Source: Thermoproteota archaeon | GTDB taxonomy: Archaea > Korarchaeota > Korarchaeia > Korarchaeales > Korarchaeaceae | Assembly: GCA_027491915.1 (NCBI GenBank) | Contig: JAOZGC010000002.1 | Span: 1 to 64,000, forward strand | DNA length: 64,000 bases | Direction of reading: 5' to 3' | Part shown: one piece after another, positions 47,978-58,680 of the stretch | Layout of the letters: each line of letters opens with the position of its first letter | Numbering within the stretch: position 1 is the stretch's first letter | Position numbers and translations under genes: made by a program | The notes under the pieces: generated by a model | Told to the model about the DNA's origin: nothing | Databases searched by the model: none | Seen by the model: the letters and a program-made list of their open reading frames with translations, nothing else

Positions 47978-48437
47978 TTAGATCGGCCGAGGTGATCTCC
48001 TGCACTATCTTACCATCCCTCGTCCGGGGAGCCATCCAGTCGATCAAATACTCCAGGCCGCCGCCCTCAACCCAGATGCGGATCTCTATCGCCCCCAATG
48101 GGGACTCTTCCTGGCTCTCGCACAGGCGGATCCTCCCGTACAGGGCGGCCTGCTTGTGCACCAGGAGGGAGGTCTCCTCGCCGACCCTACGGGCTCTGAG
48201 CAGCATCCTGGCCGTATCCAATATCCTGTCGTTCCTTAAGGACCTCCACAGCTTCGCGAGCGGCGCCAGCCCCCGGCCCTCCCCCCTAACGAAGTCACCC
48301 TCCAAGTCTAGGCTCTCCTCCGGGAGGGGGACCACCTGGAGTATTGCCCTGGCCACCCTCCCAGCCACCTCGGTGGGGAAAACGCGCGCCGAGACTCGAA
48401 CCCTCACGACGTCCTCCAGCAGTTCTCTCCCATCCAA
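47922..48437 (-). CDS. DUF54/UPF0201 RNA-binding protein
   Basis: VFPTE, RILDTAR, HKQAA, SPLGAI, WMAPRT. Confidence 0.82.
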   Translation of the reverse strand: MDGRELLEDVVRVRVSARVFPTEVAGRVARAILQVVPLPEESLDLEGDFVRGEGRGLAPLAKLWRSLRNDRILDTARMLLRARRVGEETSLLVHKQAALYGRIRLCESQEESPLGAIEIRIWVEGGGLEYLIDWMAPRTRDGKIVQEITSADLIRIFCGREDLQDLSTGDP

Positions 48438-48859
48438 GGGTACCCCCTCCTCTCGAGGTATGGCAGGAGCTCCTCCACCCTACTCGGTAGGTTCAGCCTC
48501 AGGTACTCCTCCCTCGGCCACCTTATAACGGATCCGCCGAGCGCCTCTATCTCAGACGATAGTCTCTTCAAGATCCTCCTGCCCTCCGAGTCAAAATCGA
48601 CCATGAGAACGAATTCAGCACCCCTCAGGCCTCCCCCTGAGAGCGACCTCATCGCCCTCTTGAGTTCCCTCACGGTCTTCACGGTCCCCGAGATCCCCAA
48701 ACCGCGGAGACTTTTTCTGTCTTCTTCCCCCTCCACCACGATGCTGATTCCGCCTACCTCGGAAAGTCTACGCAATTTGTCTAGGTATTCCCAGATAACT
48801 TCAAAATCCCTCCTACTCATCCGTCCGTTTTTCCCCCTCCTCTTCCCCAGCCTCTTCAC
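48404..48859 (-). CDS. Toprim domain protein (RNase M5-like)
   Basis: IVVEGEED..L, MVDFDSEG. Confidence 0.85.
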   Translation of the reverse strand: MKRLGKRRGKNGRMSRRDFEVIWEYLDKLRRLSEVGGISIVVEGEEDRKSLRGLGISGTVKTVRELKRAMRSLSGGGLRGAEFVLMVDFDSEGRRILKRLSSEIEALGGSVIRWPREEYLRLNLPSRVEELLPYLERRGYPWMGENCWRTS

Positions 48860-48934
48860 CCTGAGATCTCCCTCGAGCTGAGCCGCCCGACGATCAATAC
48901 AAATATAATGTGCTCCTCGGGTGAAACCGAAACC

Positions 48935-50083
48935 ATGCCCCCCACTCCCGAAGCCCTCGCTCTGCTGGTCTTGGTGGCCTCGGCGGCGGCCGTTCAAGTC
49001 GCCGCGGCCCCGCGCGGCGCGGTCCTGAAGAACATGGAGGTTTTCGTTGACATCTCGAGAGACGACAGCTGCTCCGTCGAGGTTCGGGCCGTGGTCACCA
49101 ATCCGGACGACGGTCAGGCAGAGCTGAGATCCATCAGGCTCCCATTGCAGGAGGCGGCGGGCAACTCCTCCGTGCTGGAGGGCTCTCTCTTACCAGTTTA
49201 CGGGGACGTCTCGGTCTCCATAAGGACCACCTCGGCCGGAAGATCCATAATAGTGACTCCGGCGGATCCCGTGGGGCCGGGCGGGGAGCTAAACTTCTCT
49301 TTCAGGTTTAACGCCAACCCCCCCTTCTGCTCCCAACCCTACGGTGGCAACGTCAATTCCAGCTTCAGGGTGGTGGTCTTCTCCATAGGGAAGCCCAATC
49401 TGACGATCTCTCCGGAGGTCGGCTCCAGGGTAGAGGTGAGCATTAAACTCCCAGTAGATTCAGGGGTGATCCAGCTGGTTCCGTCCCCCATTTTCTATCC
49501 CCCAAACCCAGAAATCCAGCTCGACAGTTGGGAGAGGAGGGTGATCCTCACCTGGGGAGGGTTAGAGTCGCTTCCCGGTGGGGGTTGGTCCTTTCGCCTC
49601 TACTACTACAGGGGTCACCCCCCCACCTCCATACCCGTGGCCCCCAACCCGGTGATCCCGAACAGGTCACCATCCCGAGGGGAATTCTCGCCCGATCCCG
49701 TGATATTCGTGCTGCTGGGCACCAACGTGGTGACGCTCATCCTGGCTCTGCTGGCCTGGAGGAGATCTGGAAATCCGCCTCCTGGACCGGGGGACCTCTT
49801 CAACCGGGGCGTTCAGGGTTTCGTCGAGCCCTCGATAATCCGAGATCTCGACCCGGATGAGAGGACTGTGGTGGAGATCCTGGCCGAGAATCAGGGCAGC
49901 ATGCCCCAGAAGGATCTCCCCTACGCCTCCGGCTTCTCCAAGAGCAAGATCTCCCGTATCTTAAAGCGCTTGGAGGGTCTCGGGATAGTGAGCAGGACCA
50001 CCAGCGGGAAGACCAAGATAGTTGAGCTGGACCCGAACTTATTCGTGGCGCTCAGATCCGGTGAGGGCGAACCGCGGGGGTGA
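48935..50083 (+). CDS. Membrane-anchored protein with extracellular domain and C-terminal wHTH (COG2512-like)
   Basis: Signal peptide, TM segment, LDPDE..QKDL..GFSKSKISRILKRLE. Confidence 0.8.
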   Translation: MPPTPEALALLVLVASAAAVQVAAAPRGAVLKNMEVFVDISRDDSCSVEVRAVVTNPDDGQAELRSIRLPLQEAAGNSSVLEGSLLPVYGDVSVSIRTTSAGRSIIVTPADPVGPGGELNFSFRFNANPPFCSQPYGGNVNSSFRVVVFSIGKPNLTISPEVGSRVEVSIKLPVDSGVIQLVPSPIFYPPNPEIQLDSWERRVILTWGGLESLPGGGWSFRLYYYRGHPPTSIPVAPNPVIPNRSPSRGEFSPDPVIFVLLGTNVVTLILALLAWRRSGNPPPGPGDLFNRGVQGFVEPSIIRDLDPDERTVVEILAENQGSMPQKDLPYASGFSKSKISRILKRLEGLGIVSRTTSGKTKIVELDPNLFVALRSGEGEPRG

Positions 50084-50096
50084 CAACCCTAAGGAC

Positions 50097-50184
50097 TGGT
50101 GCGGGGGGTGGGATTCGAACCCACGAACCCCTACGGGAGCGGATCTTGAGTCCGCCGCCTTTGACCTGGCTCGGCAACCCCCGC
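50097..50184 (-). tRNA. tRNA-Leu(CAA)
   Basis: Minus strand: GCGGGGG...GCGGA-CTCAAGA-TCCGC, long variable arm, GTTCGAATC, ACCA. Confidence 0.97.
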
Positions 50185-50207
50185 TCCACCCCGCAGGGGT
50201 CGGCAGC

Positions 50208-51041
50208 CTATATAGATCTTCCGAGCCTCTGCAGGAGGGCGCCATACCTTGCCCTGGAGATCCTGACGATCAATCTTGCGTAGAAATTATTCTTTATTCC
50301 CCCCTTAACGCTAAGGAATTTTGCACCACCTTCCGCGAGGTGGAGTTCGACATCCCTCCCGACGGGCACCTCCACCTGCCCGTCAGCTATCGCGCTCAGC
50401 TCCCTGCTGGATCTGACCCTCACCTCGCTGTCAGGCGGGATCACCAGGGCCCTGGTCGGAACCTCCATGCTCGGGGGCCACGGGGCGAGCGGGGAGATCA
50501 CCATGGCCGGGATCCTGGGATCTACTATGGGACCGCCGGTTGATAGGGAGTAGGCCATGGAACCCAGAGGGGTGGAAAATATCACTCCGTCCGACAGGAA
50601 CCTGTTTATCTCCGTTCCATCTACCTCCACGGAGAACCAGGCGGCCTTCCCCCTCTGGGCCGCCAGAAGCAGGATCTCGTTGATCGCCCTCAGGCCGAGG
50701 TCTCGGACCGCGGCGGTCGGGACCTCCTCTACCGCGAATCTTCCCTCCACTATATCCCCCACCGCTTCTAGGGCCTCTCCCATTTCCAACTCCATAAGGA
50801 GACCGTAAGTTCCATCCTTGACTCCGATGATTGGGATCCTACCCCCGGTTAGGTGAAAAGCCTTGAGCAGGGTCCCGTCGCCGCCGAAGGCCATCGCGAA
50901 GTCTCCCTCTCCCACGTCGACGGGCGAGTCGGAAATCCTCAATACCTCCAGGCCAGAGGCAGAGAACTTCCTCTCAACCCTCCCCACGACATCCTCGACG
51001 TCGGGAACTCCCCTCTTTACCACCAGGATGGCCCTCCTCAA
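50208..51041 (-). CDS. NAD(+) kinase
   Basis: GGDGT, INE, DG..STPLGSMAYSLSTGGP; start moved to TTG 51041. Confidence 0.92.
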   Translation of the reverse strand: MRRAILVVKRGVPDVEDVVGRVERKFSASGLEVLRISDSPVDVGEGDFAMAFGGDGTLLKAFHLTGGRIPIIGVKDGTYGLLMELEMGEALEAVGDIVEGRFAVEEVPTAAVRDLGLRAINEILLLAAQRGKAAWFSVEVDGTEINRFLSDGVIFSTPLGSMAYSLSTGGPIVDPRIPAMVISPLAPWPPSMEVPTRALVIPPDSEVRVRSSRELSAIADGQVEVPVGRDVELHLAEGGAKFLSVKGGIKNNFYARLIVRISRARYGALLQRLGRSI

Positions 51042-51117
51042 ATCCGAGACCTCCGGACCAGAAGGAACCGAAGCCCCTCTCCGGGAACTAAAATATAATT
51101 CGGGACAATAACCTGAG

Positions 51118-51663
51118 ATGGGCCTGATCCTCACCCTATCCAACGAGGACCTGCGCCTCATGCTCAGGCTGCTCCCGGTGACGGTCAAGGGGCGGGAGGA
51201 TCAGAGCCTGCTTCCCCTCCTCCCGTGGCACGTTCGCGCCGGCATTCGGGTGGACGTCCCGTCTTGGGCCGCCCGCCTCTTGGAAGCGGAGGGAAAGGTC
51301 GAGGTGGAGGAGGGAGAACACACGATCAGGGAGCTGGACAGGCTGATACACAAGGAGGACATCACGGCCAGGCCCACCAAGATGAGCGACTCCATCCTGA
51401 GGTGGATGATCCTCCGACTCGGGGAGCTCGGCAAGACGGGGCCTTCTCAGGATCTCGAGAAGCTGTCCCTCGCTGCCAGGGAATTGGGGATAAAAAGAAT
51501 AACAAAAATAGTGAAATATGCCGTCTTATCTCTGGAGTATCCAGATATAGAGAAGAAGATAGGAAGTAGACTCACCCTCCCCGAGAGGGTGGTGTACGGA
51601 CAGGTGAGAGAGATAATAGCCGACTGGCTCTCCCTCGAGGTCGGCGGCGGGGGGAGGAGATAG
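51118..51663 (+). CDS. GINS subunit Gins23
   Basis: N-terminal B domain (VDVPSWAARLL..GKVE), LTLPERVVY; directly upstream of mcm. Confidence 0.78.
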   Translation: MGLILTLSNEDLRLMLRLLPVTVKGREDQSLLPLLPWHVRAGIRVDVPSWAARLLEAEGKVEVEEGEHTIRELDRLIHKEDITARPTKMSDSILRWMILRLGELGKTGPSQDLEKLSLAARELGIKRITKIVKYAVLSLEYPDIEKKIGSRLTLPERVVYGQVREIIADWLSLEVGGGGRR

Positions 51664-51666
51664 GCC

Positions 51667-54600
51667 TTGACCGAGATGTACGATGAGTCTGAGGACTATT
51701 TAAAAGAGATATACAAATCGTTCATCTTAGAATTCACCGATGAGAATGGAGTGCCAAAATATAGGCAGTTAGTGACCCAGATGATAGACAGAAAGAGGAG
51801 GTCCCTCCCGGTGGACTATGAGGACCTCAGGGACTACCTGCCGACGCGAGACCTGGCCAGGGAGCTGCTGTCTCACCCGTCCCTTCACATAAAGGCGGCC
51901 TCAGAGGGACTCGCCGATATAGTCTCTTCCAGAATGATCGAGCTCGGATCCGGGTCGGCGGCAGATCTCTACGCGAAACTGCCCTTTCACGTCCGTATAA
52001 GGGGGCTGCCGACCAGCGTTGGCATCAGGGAGATCCACTCCTACCGGCTGGGCTATCTGATCCAGGTCCCCGGGATAGTGACGAGGATCTCAGACGTCTT
52101 CGATCGGGCGATAAAAGTGGCCTACTCCTGTCCCCAAGGCCACGTTCAGTACTACGAGCCCGGAGAGGTCTCTAAAGCCTCCAAGATAACCTGCCGAGAG
52201 TGCGGAGAGCAGATGAAGATGGATCCGGAGAAGACCATATTCGAGAGCTGGCAGGTCATCCGCCTTCAGGAGAGACCAGAGGACCTGCCCCCGGGGACCA
52301 TGCCAAAACACATCGACGCCATACTGACCGACGACCTGGTGGACGAGGTTAAGCCCGGGGACAGGGCCGTCATTACCGCCGAGATAAAGCTCAGAGCGGC
52401 CAGATCGAGGGAAGACGCAGGCTATGGCGTCTTGTTTAAGAGGTATCTTCTTGTAAATCATGTGGAAGTTCCCGCCAGAACTTATGAAAAAATAGATATA
52501 TCTGAGGAGGATAAGCAGAGAATATTGGAGCTATCCAGGGATCCGGATATAGAAAACAAGATAGTGGGATCTATAGCCCCCTCCATCTACGGGATGAGGT
52601 TCGTCAAGAGGGCCATAGCCCTCGCCCTCTTCGGGGGCAGGGGGATGGAGCTGCCGGACGGCACCAAGGTTAGGGGGGAAATAAACCTACTTCTGGTTGG
52701 GGATCCTGGGACCGCGAAGTGCATCGCCCCTGGTACCGTGGTCCTGGTCGAGGATGGGGTCGTCCCGGTGGAGGATCTAATCCCTGATCCGGATCCCGGC
52801 GGCAATCCTGACTCCGAGAGGCTGATCTCGAGCGACGTTAAGATACTGTCTCTCGACTCCGACCTAAAGCTCAGGTGGGTCGAGGCTGCGGCCGTGTCAA
52901 GGAGGCGGAATTGGGGGGACTTGATAGAGATAACCACCGAGAGCGGGCTCAGGATCCGTGTGACCGCCACTCACCCGGTCCTGACGATCAACAAGGAGGG
53001 ACTCATGGAATTCGTTCAGGCCTCCAACATGTCCGAGGGGGACTACCTCGCCGCCCAGGGAAAGATCCCCGCGCCGCCCGCGTTCGCGGCGGAACCGGAT
53101 CTAGGTGGAGCAGACTCGGCCGATTTCGCGGAGCTCCTCGGAGCGTTGCTGCATTCGGCCTCCGTAGAGCAGGATGCGATCAGATTCCGGGTCAACGATT
53201 CCTACCTGGGGAGGATCGAGGCCCTCTTCCCTAAAGTCTTCGGCGGCGCGCTCGAGGAATTCCACTCCAAGGCGGGCGGATCCGTCATCTGCCGACTGAG
53301 GCCGGGCGATCCGGCGGCCGACCTCCTGAGGGAGTACCTCTCCCCCCACAAGACTATACGCTCAATTCCGAATTGGCTCATATTCGGCAGGCGGGAGACT
53401 TTGGAGAGGTTCATCTACGGCTGGATCATGGCCAACTCCCGGACCATAAAGAAGGAGAAGAGGCTGGCCATACCGACCCGGAACGAGCCGACGGCCCATC
53501 AGCTGAGGATGGGCCTGATGAGGTTGGGGGTTCCATTCCCCGAACTCAGGAGGATGAGCTCCGGAATACGCGTCTGCCTGAGGGGCGGGGATTTCAAGGT
53601 CCTCTCCGATAGACTGGCAGCCTCGGGGCTCAATCTTCCAATCCCGCCAGAGCTAGAGAACTCAGGAGGTTTTGATGATAGGATTCCCCACCTAGGGAGA
53701 TTCTTGCACAAGATCAGGAAGGCGATAGGAATCACCATCTCCGAGATACCCATTCCCCAGCAGACCTACAGGAGGTACGAGGACGGCGCGTCGGCCATCC
53801 CCCGATCGAGGCTGCTAGCCGTACTCGAGTCTTTCCGCCGAAAGGTGTCCCAACTGTTGGACTCCGGGATTGAGGTGGATGGGGACGTCCTGGATCACCT
53901 GGCTTACCTAGAGGAAGTCGCCAGGTCGGACATCGTGTGGGATAGGATAATCTCGGTGAGACGGGTTCACGGATCCAGGTGGGTCTACGACGTTGAAGTT
54001 CCATTCACGAGAAATTTTGTCGCCGCTGGATTCGTAGTACACAACAGCCAGCTGCTGAAGTACACAGCCCAGCTGGCTCCGAGGGGGCTGTATACCACCG
54101 GCAAGGGGGCCACGGCCGCAGGTCTGACGGCCGCGGTGGTCAGAGATGCATCCACGGGAGGGTGGACTCTAGAGGCCGGGGCCCTGGTACTGGCAGATAG
54201 GGGAACGGCCTGCATAGACGAGTTCGACAAGATGAACGAGGACGACAGGAGGGCTATTCACGAGGCTATGGAGCAGCAGACGATCTCCATAGCCAAGGCT
54301 GGGATAGTAGCAACCCTAAACGCCAGAACCACGATAATAGCCGCCGCAAACCCCAAGAGGGGGAGGTATGATCCACTGCTGAGCGTGGCCGACAACATAA
54401 ACCTGCCGCCAACGATACTCTCCAGGTTCGACCTGATCTACGTGTTGAGGGACCTGCCCCAGGAGGACAGGGACGAGCTGGTCGCCGAGCACATACTCAG
54501 CGCCAGGATGGGGACCAACCCAAACGTGAACCCCCCGATTCAGTTGGACCTCCTTAAGAAGTACATCTCCTTCGCCAGGGAAAACGTCTCCCCAGTCCTA

Positions 54601-55116
54601 ACCAGGGAGGCAGCCGACGTAATCAGGAACTACTACTTGGAGATGAGGGGGATGAGCGGTCAGTACTCCGAGCGAGGTTCTGAGATGCCCATCGCACTAA
54701 CCGCCAGGCAGCTGGAGGCCCTCATCAGGTTATCCGAGGCCAGGGCCCGCTTGTTCCTCAGGAACTACGTGACGGAGGAGGACGCCAGAGTCGCGGTGGA
54801 GCTCATGGACCGCATGCTGAGGCAGGTCACCTACGACGAGACCGCCGGGGCCCTGGACATATCCGGGGTGGCCGGCCCCTTCATATCCGCCGCGAAGAGG
54901 AGGGAAGAGATACACAGGATATTGGTGCGTCTGAGCAGCAAGTACGAGGATGGGGCCGTCCCAGAGAACGAACTGCTGGACGAGGCCGAGAGAATCCTGC
55001 GCACCTCCAAGGACATACTAATGAGGGACCTGGACGTGCTGAAGGACAGCGGGCTGATCCTGATGCCTAAGGTAGGATACGTGAAACTCGCCTACAGCAG
55101 GGAGAGGATGGGTTGA
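51667..55116 (+). CDS. mcm: MCM replicative helicase (intein-containing)
   Basis: GDPGTAK/SQLL, GLTAAV, IDEFDKM, MEQQ, SRFD. Confidence 0.97.
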   Translation: MTEMYDESEDYLKEIYKSFILEFTDENGVPKYRQLVTQMIDRKRRSLPVDYEDLRDYLPTRDLARELLSHPSLHIKAASEGLADIVSSRMIELGSGSAADLYAKLPFHVRIRGLPTSVGIREIHSYRLGYLIQVPGIVTRISDVFDRAIKVAYSCPQGHVQYYEPGEVSKASKITCRECGEQMKMDPEKTIFESWQVIRLQERPEDLPPGTMPKHIDAILTDDLVDEVKPGDRAVITAEIKLRAARSREDAGYGVLFKRYLLVNHVEVPARTYEKIDISEEDKQRILELSRDPDIENKIVGSIAPSIYGMRFVKRAIALALFGGRGMELPDGTKVRGEINLLLVGDPGTAKCIAPGTVVLVEDGVVPVEDLIPDPDPGGNPDSERLISSDVKILSLDSDLKLRWVEAAAVSRRRNWGDLIEITTESGLRIRVTATHPVLTINKEGLMEFVQASNMSEGDYLAAQGKIPAPPAFAAEPDLGGADSADFAELLGALLHSASVEQDAIRFRVNDSYLGRIEALFPKVFGGALEEFHSKAGGSVICRLRPGDPAADLLREYLSPHKTIRSIPNWLIFGRRETLERFIYGWIMANSRTIKKEKRLAIPTRNEPTAHQLRMGLMRLGVPFPELRRMSSGIRVCLRGGDFKVLSDRLAASGLNLPIPPELENSGGFDDRIPHLGRFLHKIRKAIGITISEIPIPQQTYRRYEDGASAIPRSRLLAVLESFRRKVSQLLDSGIEVDGDVLDHLAYLEEVARSDIVWDRIISVRRVHGSRWVYDVEVPFTRNFVAAGFVVHNSQLLKYTAQLAPRGLYTTGKGATAAGLTAAVVRDASTGGWTLEAGALVLADRGTACIDEFDKMNEDDRRAIHEAMEQQTISIAKAGIVATLNARTTIIAAANPKRGRYDPLLSVADNINLPPTILSRFDLIYVLRDLPQEDRDELVAEHILSARMGTNPNVNPPIQLDLLKKYISFARENVSPVLTREAADVIRNYYLEMRGMSGQYSERGSEMPIALTARQLEALIRLSEARARLFLRNYVTEEDARVAVELMDRMLRQVTYDETAGALDISGVAGPFISAAKRREEIHRILVRLSSKYEDGAVPENELLDEAERILRTSKDILMRDLDVLKDSGLILMPKVGYVKLAYSRERMG
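52720..54045 (+). mobile_element. Intein (442 aa) in the MCM Walker A site
   Basis: Starts CIAPGT, block B TATHP, ends VYDVEV..NF..VVHN followed by Ser. Confidence 0.95.
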
Positions 55117-57317
55117 CCCGCCCCGGAGGGGGAACTCGCGTGGGGGGGAATTTAGAGGATCTTCCTCTTCCAGAAGAGCTTAGGAAGATCCTCAGGAGCT
55201 GGGGCATAGAACGCCTCTACCCGCCGCAGATGGCGGTCGTCGAGAGGGGGCTCATCTCGCGCGGCAACTTCGTCCTGGCCTCGCCCACAGCCAGCGGCAA
55301 GACCCTGGCTGCGGAGCTGGCCATGATCTCGAGCCTCTTAAAGGGGGGGAAGGTGCTCTATGCGGTTCCCCTGAGGGCTCTCGCGGCGGAGAAACTCAAC
55401 TCTTTCGGCAAGAGATATGGGTCTCTTGGCTTCTCCGTCAGGATGACCATCGGCGACTTTGACTCGTCTGAGGAGCCGCTCGGGTGGGACGATCTGATAA
55501 TCTTGACCTACGAGAAGCTGGACTCCATAATAAGGCACGGCGCATCCTGGTTGTCCTCCATCTCATGCGCCGTTTTCGATGAGATACATTACGTCGGAGA
55601 CCCGTACAGGGGCCCCACCATCGAGATGACCGTCGCCAAGTTCTTGGACGTGAACCGCTCGTCCAGGGTGATCGCCCTCAGCGCCACCATAGCCAACCTG
55701 GATCAGGTGGCCGAATGGCTGCGGGCCGTCCCTATAGCCGTCGATTGGAGGCCCGTTCCGCTTGAGATATGCACTTACTCCCAGGGATTTCTCTTCTGTG
55801 GAGGGGGAAGTAGGGAGATTGAGCGAGAGACTGGGGTCGACGATCTGGACGTGGTGCTTGAGACTCTGCGGTCCGGAGGTCAGGCGCTGGTCTTCTACCC
55901 AACCAGGAGGGGGGCCGTGGCCGGGGCAAAGAGGTTCTCCAAACTCATCTCTAGCAGGGGTATTCCACTGGACTCGGAGTTCCTGCGTGAGCTGGCCAGG
56001 GATCTCCTTGACAGCGAGCCGCCGTCTCACCTGATAGAGGAGCTCGCCGCTGTAATCAGGGGAGGATCTGCCTTCCACCACGCTGGCCTCAGCCACGGGG
56101 CCAGGGTGGCCGTCGAGGAGGCCTTCCGCTCGGGCAAGCTTTTGGTCATAGCGGCCACCCCGACCCTGGCGGCGGGCGTCAATCTCCCCGCCAGGACCGT
56201 CGTCGTGAAATCACATAAGAGGTACGATTCCAGGGCCGGAAGGTCAACGTCCATGAGCGTCATGGAATTCCTCCAGATGGCTGGCCGAGCCGGACGGCCC
56301 GGTTACGACGATCTCGGGAGGGCGGTCTTACTGGCCAAATCGACCATAGAGGCACTGGATCTCTTGGAGACCTACAAACCGGCTAACTTAGAGCCAATAA
56401 CGTCGAACCTGAACGATCCGACCATGGTCAGGTTTCACCTCCTCTCCGTGCTGGCCATGAAGTCTCCCACCACCTGGGATGACGTCATGGAAACGTGGTC
56501 CAAAACACTAATATTTATTCAGGCATCTATTAATGATATATACTCAAATCTGAGAGAATCAGCAGATTTCTTGGCAGAAGCTGGGTTCATCAAGGAAGCA
56601 GGCGGCAACATCTGGGCGACCAGGATCGGCGAGAGGGTCTCCGAGCTCTACATAGATCCGGTCTCGGCTCTGCTGTTGTTGAAGGCCGTCGATAAGATGT
56701 CCGCCGGAGCCGCCGAGGAGATGGCGATCCTTCAGGTGATCTCCATCCTGCCCGATATGCCAAGGCCCTCGATCGGAAGGCGGGATCTCGATCTGCTGGC
56801 AGAGGTTGACGCCTCCCTCTCGCCCCTAATCCCCCCCGACGATCTTCCCCTCGGACTTGCGTCAGACTATCCGCGCTCCCTCAAGACCGCGGTGATCCTC
56901 TCCATGTGGATAGGGGAGGCCTCCGAACGGGAACTAGAAGAGAGGCTGAGGGTCGAACCCGGGGACGTCAGGAGATACGCAGAGATAGCGTCATGGCTGG
57001 CCTACGCCGCCTCTGAGCTGGCCAGACTCAGAGGGGGAACCAAGATCGGGGCGACGAAGTTCTTCAGGGAGCTCTCGGTGCGGCTTAAGTACGGCGTGAG
57101 GCCCGAGCTCATACCCCTCATATCCATCAGGGGGATCGGCAGGCGCAGGGCTAGAACGCTCTATCGGGCTGGCTTCACCGACCTGAGAACTCTGGCCTCG
57201 ACCGAACCGGGGAGGTTGGAGTCCCTCCCGGGGATAGGCCCAAAGCTCGCGAAGGATATCGTTTTGTACGCCAGGTCCAGGATTGGCGGGAGTGGGTATG
57301 CCAGTCCACCCGATTGA
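55113..57317 (+). CDS. hel308: Hel308/Ski2-like DNA helicase
   Basis: PTASGKT, DEIH, TLAAGVNLPA, GRAGRP, RLKYGV, HhH. Confidence 0.93.
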   Translation: MTRPGGGTRVGGNLEDLPLPEELRKILRSWGIERLYPPQMAVVERGLISRGNFVLASPTASGKTLAAELAMISSLLKGGKVLYAVPLRALAAEKLNSFGKRYGSLGFSVRMTIGDFDSSEEPLGWDDLIILTYEKLDSIIRHGASWLSSISCAVFDEIHYVGDPYRGPTIEMTVAKFLDVNRSSRVIALSATIANLDQVAEWLRAVPIAVDWRPVPLEICTYSQGFLFCGGGSREIERETGVDDLDVVLETLRSGGQALVFYPTRRGAVAGAKRFSKLISSRGIPLDSEFLRELARDLLDSEPPSHLIEELAAVIRGGSAFHHAGLSHGARVAVEEAFRSGKLLVIAATPTLAAGVNLPARTVVVKSHKRYDSRAGRSTSMSVMEFLQMAGRAGRPGYDDLGRAVLLAKSTIEALDLLETYKPANLEPITSNLNDPTMVRFHLLSVLAMKSPTTWDDVMETWSKTLIFIQASINDIYSNLRESADFLAEAGFIKEAGGNIWATRIGERVSELYIDPVSALLLLKAVDKMSAGAAEEMAILQVISILPDMPRPSIGRRDLDLLAEVDASLSPLIPPDDLPLGLASDYPRSLKTAVILSMWIGEASERELEERLRVEPGDVRRYAEIASWLAYAASELARLRGGTKIGATKFFRELSVRLKYGVRPELIPLISIRGIGRRRARTLYRAGFTDLRTLASTEPGRLESLPGIGPKLAKDIVLYARSRIGGSGYASPPD

Positions 57318-58647
57318 GTACAGATACGGCAGCCCCGAGATGAGGAACATCTTCTCGTTGGAGAATCGTTATCGCCTGATGATCAGGGTAGAAGTTGCCC
57401 TGGCCAGGGCGGAGGCTGAGGTGGGCCTCATTCCGAGGTCTGCGGCGGAAGCCATAGAATCTGCCGCGGATAGGGTTGACCTGAATAGAATCTCTGAGAT
57501 AGAGCGGGAGATAGGTCACGAGACCATGGCCCTCGTCAGAGCGCTCGCCGAGGCCGCCGGCGAGTACGGAGAGTACGTCCATTTTGGGGTGACGTCCAAC
57601 GACATATTGGACACCACGACCGCCCTGCAAATAGTAGAGGCCTCCAAAATAGTGTCCAGGAAGTTGAGGAGTCTCCTTCGAGTCCTGATCGACAGGGGCA
57701 GGGATCTGCTGGACGTCCCCGCTCTTGGTAGAACTCACGGGATGGCCGCCCTGCCAATCCCCTTCGGATTCAAGTTCGCCGTCTGGGCGACTATGGTGCT
57801 CAGGGGGCTCCAGAGATTCGAATCGGCGGCCTCCAAGGCCGCCGTCGGTAAGGTTTCCGGGGCCGTCGGAACCATGGCCGCCCTAGGGGGTGCCGGCCCG
57901 GAGGTGCAGAGGAGGACGATGGCCCTACTCGGACTGAGACCGGCGACGATAACCACCCAGGTCGTGCCCAGGGATCTGTTGGCGGATCTTATTCTATCTA
58001 TGTCCCTCTTATCTACAATTTTCGATACGATAGCCAATGAAATAAGAAATCTTCAGCGAACTGAGATAGGAGAAGTAGAGGAGCCTTTCAGGACCGAGAC
58101 TCAGGTGGGATCCAGCACTATGCCCCATAAGAAGAACCCGATAGTGTCGGAGAAGGTGTGCGGACTGGCGCGGGTAATGAGGGGTCTCTCGGTCGCCGCC
58201 CTGGAGAACGTCGTTCTGGAGCACGAGAGAGACTTAACCAACAGCTCTGCCGAGAGGATCATTCTCCCGGAGGCTTTTCTGATAATCGACGAACAGCTGG
58301 ACTCTCTAGTGGGGATCATGTCCGGCCTCAGGGTGAGGGTCGACAGGATAGAAGAGAACCTCAGGAGAGCCGGGACTTTCATACTCGCCGAGAGGATAAT
58401 GATCGAACTTGCCAGGAGGGGGCTTGGCAGACAGACTGCCCACGAGCTGATCAGGAAATTGGCCATGGATTCTTACGATAAGGGGGTCGACCTGTCTGAA
58501 ACCTTGAAATCCGACGAGAGGGTGAGGGCGATCCTGGGGGCCGATCTCGAGGAGCTGCTCGATCCTAGGACCTACCTGGGAATGGGGAGAGAACTGGCGG
58601 AGAGGGCCTTTGACGAGGTGAACTCATTTTTACGGGAGACCTCATGA
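57298..58647 (+). CDS. purB: Adenylosuccinate lyase
   Basis: GRTHG, GSSTMPHKKNP, EHERDL. Confidence 0.95.
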   Translation: MPVHPIEYRYGSPEMRNIFSLENRYRLMIRVEVALARAEAEVGLIPRSAAEAIESAADRVDLNRISEIEREIGHETMALVRALAEAAGEYGEYVHFGVTSNDILDTTTALQIVEASKIVSRKLRSLLRVLIDRGRDLLDVPALGRTHGMAALPIPFGFKFAVWATMVLRGLQRFESAASKAAVGKVSGAVGTMAALGGAGPEVQRRTMALLGLRPATITTQVVPRDLLADLILSMSLLSTIFDTIANEIRNLQRTEIGEVEEPFRTETQVGSSTMPHKKNPIVSEKVCGLARVMRGLSVAALENVVLEHERDLTNSSAERIILPEAFLIIDEQLDSLVGIMSGLRVRVDRIEENLRRAGTFILAERIMIELARRGLGRQTAHELIRKLAMDSYDKGVDLSETLKSDERVRAILGADLEELLDPRTYLGMGRELAERAFDEVNSFLRETS

Positions 58648-58680
58648 CGTCCGGCTGAAACCTGTAATGGGGGGAGGAGA

